Assembly (NCBI GenBank): GCA_004764695.1
Contig: SMSO01000014.1
Coordinates: 367,648-431,647 of the forward strand
Length of the DNA stretch: 64,000 bases
Source: Schizochytrium sp. TIO01
Lineage: Eukaryota > Protista > Bigyra: Labyrinthulomycetes
Direction of reading: 5' to 3'
Under the pieces are notes generated by a model. That model was not told the origin of the DNA, searched no databases, and saw only the letters and a list, made by a program, of their open reading frames with translations. The position numbers and the translations under genes are program-made. This document shows positions 52,401 through 62,331 of this stretch, piece by piece; the first letter of the stretch is position 1, and each line of letters starts with the position of its first letter.

Positions 52401-55400
52401 TGGGGATGCAATTTACCCATGGCTTTCTTTGGCTGCAGCTACCTTTCCTGCTAGTGCGGGGTCAAGTAAAGCAACAAAGCCTAGCAAAGGCAAGCAGGCG
52501 AATACCATCATTAGTACAGATACATCATGTACGCACTTTGGCAATTTTACAATTCCCATCAGCGTTGATGGTGGTTCACAAGGTGGAGAAGCCCCGTCAG
52601 CTGATTTGCTGACTGAGTCCTTCATTCTTTCGGGTAACCTCACTCGCACCAAGTCTCCTGAATTGACAATGTCGCTAGGATATCACTCTCGCAACGGGTT
52701 CGAAGGGACAATTTTTTCCCCTCAATGCAGTTTAGGACATGGTGGGTCATGGTGTGCAGTTTGTCCATACGGATACTACAAGGATGAAGAAGGACCAGAG
52801 CCATGTGAGAAGTGCCAGCACAAAGCTTGTATTACTTTAAGAACATGTGACTGGCTTGCCGAGGGCAGCTCCCACCCAGACTGTCCTGTTTTATGTAATC
52901 CAGGTTACGTACTGCCTAATTGTGTAACGCCGCTGGAGAACCTCATTGATAGTATGGGTGGCATTGTTGTCTTTGCTATAGTTTTGGCCTCATTGGGTCT
53001 TGGACTCGTCATTGTTTTTACGTGCGTGTGTACGAGAGTAGAATGGTGTCCAGGATACTATGCGAACATGGCCAAAATGCTTCAGAAACGTGAGGAATCT
53101 CGTAGAGGGCTTTTGCAACATCGACGCGAAATGGGTTTTGACGATAGTAGGGATGCTCATTCGCCTTTGCAGACTTCACTGCTGCATGATGACGACACAA
53201 TTGGTGGTATCGGAGGAGGAGGTTCATTTGTACCTCTCAGCTCCGCTAACTCTCGACTTAATCCCACAAGCCCTGGCCCACGAAGTTCTTCGAATTTCTC
53301 TGCGCCTTCTACATTGCGAACTCCCGGATTCCTCGTGGAAGCTGACGTGCGTTCCCATCTTAAACGTATCTATCTTGCAGGCAATAATTCAACGCTGCGA
53401 CCATGGCTCTTCCCTGCAAGTCTACCTTCAGAACTTGAAGAGGCAGGATGGTTTGATGCCGCTGCTTTTGCAGAAATGTCTACGGAAGTAAATCGACTTG
53501 CCAAACATTCTACTCCTACGTGGTTCGTCTCTTCACTATTATATGTCATCTGTTATCCTTTAGGATATCTGTACATGAAACGACAGCGTGAGGTTCGTGC
53601 AGAGAAGCTACAAGCTTTCTTTGAAACTTATGACCACAAATGTGTTTTAAGTGCACGTGCTCGTGCCCTGATGAACTCATTTAAGTTTGGAAGTGACGCT
53701 AAGTATACAGTTGGATACATAGATGTTCTTGCAAACAAGCCACTCAATGCGTTAGCCCGGCAACGCCGTTTGCCAACTTTGATTTTTCTTGCTGGCGATG
53801 GTTCTTACTGGGCGCCATTTTGTGTTGACCAATCAGATGTTTTCGTTCTGGCCGTGCCTCAAATTGTGGAGCTTCGGTCTTTCATTGATGAACCCTGGTT
53901 TCAGTTATTGGCTGAGCTTAATTCAGCACTTCGCAAGGTTGATGTACAATCGATTAGTACGAGCGTGCAACCCGCACTGCGCGTGTTGGGCCGCTACAAC
54001 GCGGATCCCGATCGTCTGGGAGGGCTTCGCGTACGTTTGGGCCTCTTCGCAACGCCTAATTGCCCTGAAAACTATGGTCCTCGTCGCTTGGCACTACTCT
54101 TAAGCCTGGATGAGGAGATGGTCCAACAGCAACAACTGCAGCACCTCCAGCAAAGCCAACAGAACGCTCTTGATAGGGACCGCTTGCAACGCCCAGACTG
54201 GAATCAATCTACCTCTTCACAGTTTGCCTCTGACAACACACTCTTGACACCTGATCAGGCAATGTTTGATGACCATTACTCTGAAATTGCTGCAGCAGAG
54301 ACCAACTCCATAGCTGAACGAGGCACCCCTCCTGTACCCATCAAATTAGTTCATGATGTCAACCAAGGCGGAACTCCGAGTCCAAGCTCGTACTTTGGCC
54401 ACAGTGTTCTCACAAGTGAAGAGCACCGCGCCGCCCAAGCTGCAGTACAGGAATTTGAGAAACTTGAGCGGCAACAGCAAGCCTTGTCAGAAGGGCTCAA
54501 TGGTGGAGATAACACAGCCTTCGACCTTTCGCATGCTAGCTCCACCACAGCTCTTACTGCGACGCCACCAATTCAGAATTCACCAAGACGACGACATTTA
54601 CATAGCCGGACCATTTCTGCAGATCGTCTTGCGCCCACAGACATCTCGAGTGTTTTGAAACATGAGTCGCCAGCAATGGGCGCCACAAGTGGTTTTGGCG
54701 GTACAGGGCCGCGGCAGGACCCGGATCGCATGTCAATTATTTCTGCGAGATCTAAGGATGATACACAAGTTGGATTAGAGACTTTGGCAGGGATGGGTCG
54801 CAGCGCGAGCCGTGACTGGCGTATTCATGATGGGTCATCTTCGGTTGCAGCGGATTCTAACCTCAATTGGGAGGCAGATGACCTTATGAGCACAGCTGAA
54901 GAAGGTCATAGTAATGAATACATCAGAAGTGAGGTGCTTCCTGCACCTGGTGAGATTCTCACTCGGAAACATCCTGAGGACTATGATTTGGAGGACGAAG
55001 ATGACTTTGATTGCATTTCATGCAATCCTCGTTTGCAAAATATTCTACCCACATTACGTCACCGCTTAGGCATTTTGCAGAATCGTCGTCCTCGGAAACG
55101 GAACCACAAAAGCTTCTTTCGTTCATTTATTTCTGTATTGCTCCTGGCTGATGCAGTGTGTACATTCTTCCTTCTGACTACTTTTCTCTGCGTTGAACGC
55201 CTTCACGGGGCCTGCAATCGACTCCCCTTAGTTCTTGTACTTTCCGTTTATCCTTTAGCACTCGTGGTCGCGCCGTTATGTGGCCTCACTTTTGTCGTGT
55301 TTCCGCTCTCTGGAATGGGGCGTCATTATGCTGTGTGGAATGCCTTGGCGTTGATAAATTCCATATTTGCTTGCTTTCTCGCAGTAATTTATCGAGAAAG

Positions 55401-55518
55401 CGTATCTCTTCAGGGCGGTTTGCTGGCCTTCCTTCTCCTTGTTATCAAGTTACTCCAAAGTCGTGCTGTGGATTTTTATATTGCCATGATCGAAGCAGAT
55501 GCCTCTTTCCGAAAATAG
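49465..55518 (+). CDS. Glycine-rich, GCC2/GCC3 (ephrin-receptor-like) cysteine repeat, multi-pass membrane protein of the plant At5g11700/At4g32920-like family
   Basis: Signal-like hydrophobic N-terminus; repeated GGGxGGRI/V and GGGSGGSI motifs; CAVCPYGYYKDEEGPEPCEKC; CVTPLENLIDSMGG + TM; RIYLAGNN...PW; HKCVLSARARAL; IFLAGDGSYWAPF; C-terminal TM bundle; Pro-rich insert at about 51680-51810. Confidence 0.8.
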   Translation: MTKRVLTAGMWRPNSRIPCSKGYYLPGCRSIQIFTLAILALMTSLLSTSAYRVSSSTEPVCRCQGVSSNLQDLVCTNSTSVPKGTCSINGTYSMKCDIKAATCTCACFVDGDVSFEALSSIICEPSERERSARCHLGWRSTGNITMHPGSLIKVSTLWMRAKGNIQLRGDSAINATGLGLAFRSLKRQALVGYGGSNGGRGGLSACSRPPDITSPQLGDPIAPWRGWAEFDNDNQIIPKQISEVGYGFGGSVLNVETHATAGRGGGRVYLESGGLTTIAGAVLTDGIPAAHSCLVDCGSGAGGTIVINSTDFLGTGSVSSFLTGTTTRIPSLHVAGSSQQTVAPLRASLSAVGGDVFRDSAGAGGGGRIAIMAIKGIRRENFAVQAYGGLALTTLNGALTDSSNCRGGAAGTITSLLYIPKAQVFDASLQVSNCPASGQCNAPDFAQSSTPLRYPVTTSQILIRSLPIVFTALQINKYAQVNASLLQFDIVSEKLGKISAAGFDRTDTGILINAGRLISVQYLRTASMQLDSGSSIRAISGSQVDIVEGDLSLDSSSSFLFSGPIRVDVHGTFILYGNMQSQDGTVGAIGMAGRPQTVDTALMSFLQVFAATIRFEKPSSVISDRITLVSNNTITLSGKVRATYIPACAQVVSRKVCKDFGFKNEWGLSAQDRRANLGYLEEIYSNYSLSVLVLKSLPSFHDESIFAMSPVTSKIVPKSVTSADPVDESHMSESTVHDPAPGPAPAPAPGPGPAPVPSPMPSPLPPTPAPPPVPTPPPHRPGEKNVTIVNHLVVDLPAEITARSMLMCAPTIRAQGRISASGQGCLADSGPGAGCTSSASAGGGGGHGGYGGPGVGCSAPGRIYDSAQSPILSGSGGGSGLSGIGGGTGGGVIMIGATMALRIEGEISSDGTSGSGQDLKRRSAGGGGSGGSIHIDSPSICALDNGPGRLSARGGSGGAGGGGGGGGGRISINFADEFSGDAIYPWLSLAAATFPASAGSSKATKPSKGKQANTIISTDTSCTHFGNFTIPISVDGGSQGGEAPSADLLTESFILSGNLTRTKSPELTMSLGYHSRNGFEGTIFSPQCSLGHGGSWCAVCPYGYYKDEEGPEPCEKCQHKACITLRTCDWLAEGSSHPDCPVLCNPGYVLPNCVTPLENLIDSMGGIVVFAIVLASLGLGLVIVFTCVCTRVEWCPGYYANMAKMLQKREESRRGLLQHRREMGFDDSRDAHSPLQTSLLHDDDTIGGIGGGGSFVPLSSANSRLNPTSPGPRSSSNFSAPSTLRTPGFLVEADVRSHLKRIYLAGNNSTLRPWLFPASLPSELEEAGWFDAAAFAEMSTEVNRLAKHSTPTWFVSSLLYVICYPLGYLYMKRQREVRAEKLQAFFETYDHKCVLSARARALMNSFKFGSDAKYTVGYIDVLANKPLNALARQRRLPTLIFLAGDGSYWAPFCVDQSDVFVLAVPQIVELRSFIDEPWFQLLAELNSALRKVDVQSISTSVQPALRVLGRYNADPDRLGGLRVRLGLFATPNCPENYGPRRLALLLSLDEEMVQQQQLQHLQQSQQNALDRDRLQRPDWNQSTSSQFASDNTLLTPDQAMFDDHYSEIAAAETNSIAERGTPPVPIKLVHDVNQGGTPSPSSYFGHSVLTSEEHRAAQAAVQEFEKLERQQQALSEGLNGGDNTAFDLSHASSTTALTATPPIQNSPRRRHLHSRTISADRLAPTDISSVLKHESPAMGATSGFGGTGPRQDPDRMSIISARSKDDTQVGLETLAGMGRSASRDWRIHDGSSSVAADSNLNWEADDLMSTAEEGHSNEYIRSEVLPAPGEILTRKHPEDYDLEDEDDFDCISCNPRLQNILPTLRHRLGILQNRRPRKRNHKSFFRSFISVLLLADAVCTFFLLTTFLCVERLHGACNRLPLVLVLSVYPLALVVAPLCGLTFVVFPLSGMGRHYAVWNALALINSIFACFLAVIYRESVSLQGGLLAFLLLVIKLLQSRAVDFYIAMIEADASFRK

Positions 55519-56049
55519 ACATTTTTGCAACTCAAGTCAAGATAATCTTCAAAAACAAGATGCAAGACCAATTAAATCAAGACAGACTCTGTTTTATATT
55601 ATTTTTGTTCAAGAAAAAACATCAAAAATTCTTGTGATGCATGAATCGCAAGAATCCTTAACAAGAAGGAAGAAGAAAGAGATCAAGCAAATAGCAGCAA
55701 CAGTCTCTTTTTGTTCTGAATAGATGCACCGTTATTTCTTTGATTCGCAGATCAAGTCTGACACATTTTCGCTAACTTCACATGACAATGGTGGCAAGAG
55801 TCAGCAATGATAACCAGCAACCAGCAAATCGAAAGAAAAAAAAAAAGAGGAAAAAGTTGTAGTGTCATAGTTTCCTTTATTTGTTTACGTAATACAGACT
55901 TTCAATAACCCCATGAGTACTCTAATTATATATTGAATGTGAAATGTTTTTACTTCCCAAGATTTTCTCCCGATGCGTGCAGAAAGCACCTCTGATTAGA
56001 ATTCACCTATCGATGCACGCTTACTGAAGAACCCTAGCTTCACAGTCCT

Positions 56050-56499
56050 TCAAGAATGAACTGCCTTGGAGACATCCAGCCAGTCCGCCCAACGTCGAGC
56101 CTCATCAAGATCGTTCGGCATGCGGTCATAGTTCCAGTATACAATTTTATCAAATACGGCATGACAGTCCCAATGGCTGGAGGTCATGTCTGCATCATGT
56201 TCCTCTTCTAAAACGAATCCCTCGGCGCCTTCTGGCAATGCAAGCTCCGCACCCATGAGTTTTCTGCCTCGGAATGTGGCCTCCTGCACTGAGACTGCGT
56301 TGCCTTCATCGTCCAGAATTGAAGCTGCCTTTAACTTGCCCTCTGCAGATCTGAAATAGGCACTCACATCTGCAGCACCGTCATGATGAATTTTGCATGG
56401 CATGTGCATTACCTTGGACGGTCTTAAGCTGCGTGTACTCGCAGCACCCACTCCCTTCAGCTCCACTGCGTAGTCCGTCTCCCCGTCATGTTGGCCCAT
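56050..56499 (-). CDS. RNASEH2C: Ribonuclease H2 non-catalytic subunit C
   Basis: HMPCKIHHDGAADVSAYF, ATFRGRKLMG, FDKIVYWNYDRMP, W..VSKAVH match the RNase_H2_suC pattern. Confidence 0.9.
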   Translation of the reverse strand: MGQHDGETDYAVELKGVGAASTRSLRPSKVMHMPCKIHHDGAADVSAYFRSAEGKLKAASILDDEGNAVSVQEATFRGRKLMGAELALPEGAEGFVLEEEHDADMTSSHWDCHAVFDKIVYWNYDRMPNDLDEARRWADWLDVSKAVHS

Positions 56500-57090
56500 C
56501 GTGCGTACCTTTCAGCAACAAGACCTCTACAGAACTGCAAAGGACCTGATCTTTGCTCTAACCTGAGTTCGCCAGTTCACGAACCACGTTGCTCCAAAGC
56601 TTCCCGCCCAGGTTGATTTATCGTCTGTTCAAAACATGGCCAGCTATCATCGTTGAAGAAGGAAGTCCTTTCCGTAGTTAGCCCGCGCAACTACTTTTTC
56701 CCAATTCTGCGTTGCGCAGACCCCACGAAAAGTGCACACATGGCACCCCCCTTCTTGTCCACGGCCGCATCGCCACGACTCTATTTTTTCAAATTGTGTT
56801 GCGCAAACGAAACGCCGAAGTTACTTACTTCTTCTCACTTACATACTTACAAAGCTCGGCGATTGCCCCCGCTCATCTCACCTTCTCGTCCCAGGGCCAA
56901 GTGGCTCGGGCCGTTCCGGACGCCTCGCGGTCCTCAAAAGCATCCACTGTTTGGCATGAACTCTACCACTTGCGATGGGCTCTATTCCCCCTCGAGAAGA
57001 AATCAATGAATGAATGAATTCCGCGCATCATTGCGATTCGCAGATTCTTGAAAAGGAAAGAAAAGAAAAAGAGGGCTTTCTTAGAAAGGG

Positions 57091-57150
57091 ATGAAGTGCA
57101 GTTTAGTTTGATAAAGTGCAGTTTAGTTTGATAAAGTGCAGTTTAGTTTG
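57091..57150. repeat. 20-bp tandem repeat x3 (ATAAAGTGCAGTTTAGTTTG) in the divergent RNASEH2C/DnaJ intergenic region
   Basis: Directly visible; the first copy has one mismatch. Confidence 0.95.
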
Positions 57151-57876
57151 GAAGGCTACTATAGAGAAAACTCGCCCCAAGTAGGATTAAGAGAGGATAC
57201 TCTACTTGCGCTGTGACAAGCAGCAGGAAGAAGCCGGAGAGGAGAATAGAATAGGAATAGAGCACCTATACTCTACTTGCGTTTCATTATAGTTCACTTT
57301 GCACAGAGCATTGTTCACTTTGTAGCGGAGGTATTGTTCACTTACGTGCACCCTTATGCAGAAGAGGGCGCGGAATCAAGTCGGCCTCAATCACTCTCAT
57401 CCTCGTCCCCACCACCGCCAGGAGCAATTCGAATTCAGACTCGACTCGGGCTCACTAGGATCTCAGTGTGCTGGGAGGAAGGGCGCGAACCTCGGTGGGG
57501 AGGACCTGAGGATCTGCGGCTCGGGTGCTGACGCTGGAGCGATTTCTTCGATCTGCGTTCTTTCCCAGAGCGCCTCTTTCTGCCTTGTGGCCTATCGACA
57601 TCAACTCGAATCGTCTGTTAGCTGACGGTTTCGTGCTCGTTTCGTGTGGCTCTACTGCTCTAGGGACAAAGGATCTTCCTAGCACTTGAAGTTTTGAAGG
57701 TTCTGGGCCTCGTAAGCTAGCTCGAATTGATCCAAACCTGAAAAGTCTCGAGAGCCAGAGCTTCGCAAGTTGCTTGCTTCACCTGCGATTACATTCGGAC
57801 TTCAAGACTCCACCGTAGCTATAGATAATCTTCCAGGAGATTAGGATACGCGCGATCTAGCTTAGAGAAAGGAACC

Positions 57877-59334
57877 ATGGGTAAAGACGAAGGACCCAAA
57901 CATACTGAATATTATGAGCTCGTCGGCTGCAAGCCGGATGCCACTCCGGAGGAGATCAAGAAGGCATACAGAAAGACTGCACTGAGGCTCCACCCTGACC
58001 GCGGCGGGAAACAGGAAGACTTTCAAAATATGAAGAATGCCTATGATGTCATCAGTGACCCAAACAAGCGTAAAATGTACGACCGTTTTGGTCCTGATGT
58101 CGTTAAGATGATGGATGGTGAAATGCAGAACTCAATGGCCTTTGTGGCTGCGCTTCGTAAGCGGGATCGCTTCATGCTGGTGTTGGTCATTACCCTTGTC
58201 TCGTTTATCCTCCTATTGTTCCCTATTCTTTTGTCTATTCGGTGGGATGCCCTCAGGGGTGGAAGTGATAGTAAACCGTATGCGTGGGCTGTGGCATTCA
58301 TCCCTCTTTGGGTCCTGGAAATCATCATTACCGTCGTCTTTGCTGAGCAAGTGCGCCAGGCTCCCCTCGATAAGTCAGACCCCGAAGTTGACGAAGATAC
58401 TCGCAAGATGTGGAATGATAATGAACGCGTTTTCAACAAGCTTCGTGTTGACTTTGGTATCAAGATGGGTCTAATCATTCTGTTCGAACTCTTTCTGGTT
58501 CTTCGCCTCGACGGGGCAGTGGATTGGTCTTGGTACGTGGTTATGCTGCCGTGGATGCTATACAATGCTGTTCACATTGTTCACAAACTTGTGGACGCAC
58601 CCGCCACTTATCGTGCAGAACATGCCGGCGAAAGCGGCGTGGACCCTTCTCAGCTTGACCAAGCTCTTCCCCTCAGCTCTCTTTTGACCCGCAGTGACTT
58701 TTATATCTCAACTCTTTTGAGTATCAAATGGTCTGTCATTTTGCTCATTACGGCTATCCTCTGTGGTTATGTCGGGGACTACAATGCCTTGCATTTGGAT
58801 CCCAAGTCTTTTTACATCGCTGCAAGCCCGATTCTCGCAATTGTATTCCTGGCTTTGTTGTTGCTTTTAGCTGTCCGCATTACATCCACGCCTAGCGAAG
58901 AGGGTTTAGAACAGGACAGCGGAGCATGCGGTCGTACTACCCGCATTACTTTCGTAACCCTTTTGGAGTGGCTCGTCAAGTACGGTCTATTGCTTATTGT
59001 TGTCTGCACTGCAGCGTCCAAGCTCACAAACGTCAATTCTCTTTCTGCATTTGCCATATTCTCCCCAGTGTTTTTCTGCGTGGGCTGTGTGTGTTGTGCT
59101 ACCTCCCTGACGGCTTTGACAGTCACCCCAGAGGATCTCACGGAAGCCGAGGCTCAACATCATGCTGAGACATCTCAGATGAACGTTCGCAACGATGAGG
59201 CACCCAACAACCACATTGAAACCAACGATGAAGTTCTTCACATTCCGCCGCCTGCTGGGGCTAGCGTCGTCCCAGATCACAACTCTGGTTATGGTTCGAC
59301 CGATGACTCCTCAGTTGCCCTCAACATTACCTAA
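57877..59334 (+). CDS. J-domain (DnaJ) protein fused to a TMEM185/FAM11-like multi-pass membrane region
   Basis: YYELVG...EIKKAYRKTALRLHPDRGG..FQ..AYDVISDP.KR.MYD.FG; TM motifs WAVAFIPLW and LRLDGAVDWSWYVVMLPW. Confidence 0.85.
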   Translation: MGKDEGPKHTEYYELVGCKPDATPEEIKKAYRKTALRLHPDRGGKQEDFQNMKNAYDVISDPNKRKMYDRFGPDVVKMMDGEMQNSMAFVAALRKRDRFMLVLVITLVSFILLLFPILLSIRWDALRGGSDSKPYAWAVAFIPLWVLEIIITVVFAEQVRQAPLDKSDPEVDEDTRKMWNDNERVFNKLRVDFGIKMGLIILFELFLVLRLDGAVDWSWYVVMLPWMLYNAVHIVHKLVDAPATYRAEHAGESGVDPSQLDQALPLSSLLTRSDFYISTLLSIKWSVILLITAILCGYVGDYNALHLDPKSFYIAASPILAIVFLALLLLLAVRITSTPSEEGLEQDSGACGRTTRITFVTLLEWLVKYGLLLIVVCTAASKLTNVNSLSAFAIFSPVFFCVGCVCCATSLTALTVTPEDLTEAEAQHHAETSQMNVRNDEAPNNHIETNDEVLHIPPPAGASVVPDHNSGYGSTDDSSVALNIT

Positions 59335-59604
59335 GCCACACGGCCGACCTTTGGAGTTGTGCGGGTGTCTTTTCTGACCAGTTGGTATATCAAATCACCC
59401 AAACCAACCTCGAATTCTGCTTAATCATGTTTTTTTTGCCCACCTCGACAACCCTCTCTCTGTGCTATTGAAAAAAAAAATTTCAGTAATCATTTACAAT
59501 CAAAATACATTCATCATGTCTCACTTTTTTCCTGGGTTTATCCATCTTTGAAACCCTCTTCATACCTTGCGCCAAAGCAAGCACATAGCACAAGTAAAGA
59601 GCAC

Positions 59605-62331
59605 TCACTGCTTAAGGCCTCGCCGGTAGTAAACTGATTCCTGCACAGCCTGAAGTGACTGACGAACAGTTGCCAAGCGTTCATCAGAAGCAGACATGTG
59701 CAAGGTGTGAGAGATTCTATCCAAGGAAGCTTGGAGGCGTTCATGAAGGCGCTCAATACGCAGACGCTCTGCTTCCTGACGTCGAAATTCTAAAAGTGCC
59801 GCTTCAGAATAATCGGATGTTTCACTAGACATACGATTCAAACCATGCAGACGATGTGATAACAAGGGAGCAGAATTGTGAGATCGGGCGCTAGCAACAG
59901 CCCATGCTTCAGAGTTCATACCAATATTCACGTTTATAGGATCGACGTGCTGTCGGGTGGGAAGCGAGTCAGGCGAGCTTTCTGCACGTCCAAGAAGACG
60001 ATGGGACCCTTGCAAACCTGTAAATGGTTTAGAAGCAAATGTCGAAGCTTCATACAAGTCGCGAGAGACTGTTCGACTTAAACTATCCCATGTAATACCT
60101 TCATCAGAGTCATCTGGGTGAACTCCACTGATAAGAATACTTTCATCACCAGTCCTGGATTCAGAAAGGTTGCTGGGTTGCCTTAAAAGAGCTTCGACAC
60201 ACTCGCGAGAATTGTTCGACTCTAATTCACAAGCTTCAGCATCTTCGCAATCATCACCTTCGTTACCTCCGTCCAATCGCACGCAATTCGCTACTTCTTC
60301 TTGATCCTCCTCGTCGAAAGTCGTATCTGACACTGGTGTAGTCACATCTCGAGCCTCCTCGGGACGCATGGACTCGCTAGACGTCGACGTGCTCGGTGAA
60401 AGTACATTCTGCTCATCCTGATCTAGAATTGAGCCTGGAGAGACAGCTTCTTCGGAAGTTTCCTTCCCTTCAAGATTTATGTTACTGTGACCGAATGAAC
60501 CCAGAAACCTGTTGAAAAGCATTCCAAGAAGAATACTAATAATTGCAAAAGAAATGAACATAGCAAATCCACGTAGTTCGACCTCGTTGTCAGTAATTAC
60601 TAAAGCTTTCTCCATTCCACTGTCATCCCAAGCGATGGAGTTTTCACCAGATCTAGCGCCTTTGTCTCCTGAGTGAAAAGGGGCTACCCTTCGATCATCA
60701 TTCGTAGAACCAGAGCTTTGGATGTCCCCAGCAGCATACTGAAGTGTCCTGGCCAGGAGTTGCAGGAAATACAGAGAATTTGCTGAAATAAATAAAATAC
60801 CTAAAGACAACTCATGTAGACGCAGAACACGGACTACAGTTGCGATCGCCAGGTCGATCGGCTCTTTGATTGTTTCTGGAAAACTAGCCCAAATAATACG
60901 GTCTGCCACACATCGTAACAGTTGCATACTTCGCATGCCTTGGCGTACAAGAGAGCTTGATGTGAATACTGCACACTCAGTTTTCGCGTTATTAGCAAAT
61001 CTCAAGCTTTGCGAATCAAGCACGCACTTGCGAGCTTTCACAAGGACTCCTTCTACTGTACTGGAGTTATGTGACGGTGGTGTAGACTCAGCACATGTAT
61101 AAGATAAAAGCATGCAGATGCTCATAATTACCAGTAAGAGCATAGCAATGGTTGTGCCCAGGGTTCTGCGCAAATACGCAGGAATAAGAGTAATTCCAGG
61201 GAAGATTCGTGTTCCATTTGACCCATCTATGGAGTTTTCAGACCAACTGCTATTACTACGCTTGTTTTCGCTTTTCTGAAGACTGTTCGATTGCCGTTCA
61301 GAGACAAGAGAAGAATCAGCGGAACCAGGTTCTTTTCCCTCTGAAGCAGGACTTAAGTCTTCTACTGTGCCATCTAAATCACCTGTGTCGCCATCACTCC
61401 GGTTTTCCAGAATATTCAGAGCTTCAAGGTCGCCTTCATCGTCAGAGGAGTAGCCACCGGCCTGGCGTTGTACAAAAGCACTCCAACTTTCCCGAGGGCG
61501 ATGTGCCCTTTTCAAAGCCGCCATACGTTTTGAAGATAAAGCCCGTTTCCTATCCTTAAGTTTATGGCGCTCCAGTGATAGCGCCGAGCACGTTTGTCGT
61601 CGCTGGTGCTGACCTTTGCCAGCGTTTTGTGCATCTGCTGCGTTTGCTGCCGAGAATGCTATTGTATTTGCTGTGCCATTCTGAAAATGTGCATGTCGTG
61701 AGTTCGCGAGCGTTGCAAGTCGCAGTGTTGGTATTCCTGTCTTCAAAGGTTCCGTTGGGGAGTGGTGCTGGTGATACTGCGGTTGACTTTGTGTTTGCAT
61801 TTGGCTCTGGTTTTGGCTTTGGTGCTGCTGATGTTGGTGTTGATTATGGTGTTCCTGATTATTTAATTGTTCCATCTCCAAAACCTTATCAGCTTTTGCC
61901 GTAGCAGTTTTATCACCTTCATTTCTATTCAAGGAGGTGGACTGTGCGAGGCCTTTCCGCATCCCTAGCGATCCCACACGACTTAGTGCTGCCGGCGTTG
62001 ATGATTTGCGCTCCCGCGCTGACCTTTGGACCACCCTCAGGCTTTTGTTAACCTTCATAACCTTTTGAATTTTCTCTTTGAGGTTATGTTTTGCGTACGG
62101 TGCTTTTGACGTGCCTTCATTGCCAGCGTCTGTTTCAACATCTGCGTGATGTCTGCTATTCTTCGCTGAGCGTCGCTTTGACGCAAGTTTCTTGAACCAA
62201 GCCGAGTTTTCTACAGAGACTCTCACTTCACGAAGCACGCCTACGACAAGGCACAACACCAGGAAACCAAGAAGGCCCAGCAAGGCTTTGCCAAGCCCGC
62301 CGAGCACCACGTCCACGTACGAGACGCCCAT
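59605..62331 (-). CDS. Hypothetical membrane protein (908 aa; N-terminal anchor, about 3 further TM segments, C-terminal coiled coil)
   Basis: ATG-initiated uninterrupted ORF; hydrophobic segments LLGLLGFLVLCLVVGVL, TIAMLLLVIMSICMLL, LGILFISANSLYFL, FAMFISFAIISILLGMLF. Confidence 0.7.
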   Translation of the reverse strand: MGVSYVDVVLGGLGKALLGLLGFLVLCLVVGVLREVRVSVENSAWFKKLASKRRSAKNSRHHADVETDAGNEGTSKAPYAKHNLKEKIQKVMKVNKSLRVVQRSARERKSSTPAALSRVGSLGMRKGLAQSTSLNRNEGDKTATAKADKVLEMEQLNNQEHHNQHQHQQHQSQNQSQMQTQSQPQYHQHHSPTEPLKTGIPTLRLATLANSRHAHFQNGTANTIAFSAANAADAQNAGKGQHQRRQTCSALSLERHKLKDRKRALSSKRMAALKRAHRPRESWSAFVQRQAGGYSSDDEGDLEALNILENRSDGDTGDLDGTVEDLSPASEGKEPGSADSSLVSERQSNSLQKSENKRSNSSWSENSIDGSNGTRIFPGITLIPAYLRRTLGTTIAMLLLVIMSICMLLSYTCAESTPPSHNSSTVEGVLVKARKCVLDSQSLRFANNAKTECAVFTSSSLVRQGMRSMQLLRCVADRIIWASFPETIKEPIDLAIATVVRVLRLHELSLGILFISANSLYFLQLLARTLQYAAGDIQSSGSTNDDRRVAPFHSGDKGARSGENSIAWDDSGMEKALVITDNEVELRGFAMFISFAIISILLGMLFNRFLGSFGHSNINLEGKETSEEAVSPGSILDQDEQNVLSPSTSTSSESMRPEEARDVTTPVSDTTFDEEDQEEVANCVRLDGGNEGDDCEDAEACELESNNSRECVEALLRQPSNLSESRTGDESILISGVHPDDSDEGITWDSLSRTVSRDLYEASTFASKPFTGLQGSHRLLGRAESSPDSLPTRQHVDPINVNIGMNSEAWAVASARSHNSAPLLSHRLHGLNRMSSETSDYSEAALLEFRRQEAERLRIERLHERLQASLDRISHTLHMSASDERLATVRQSLQAVQESVYYRRGLKQ

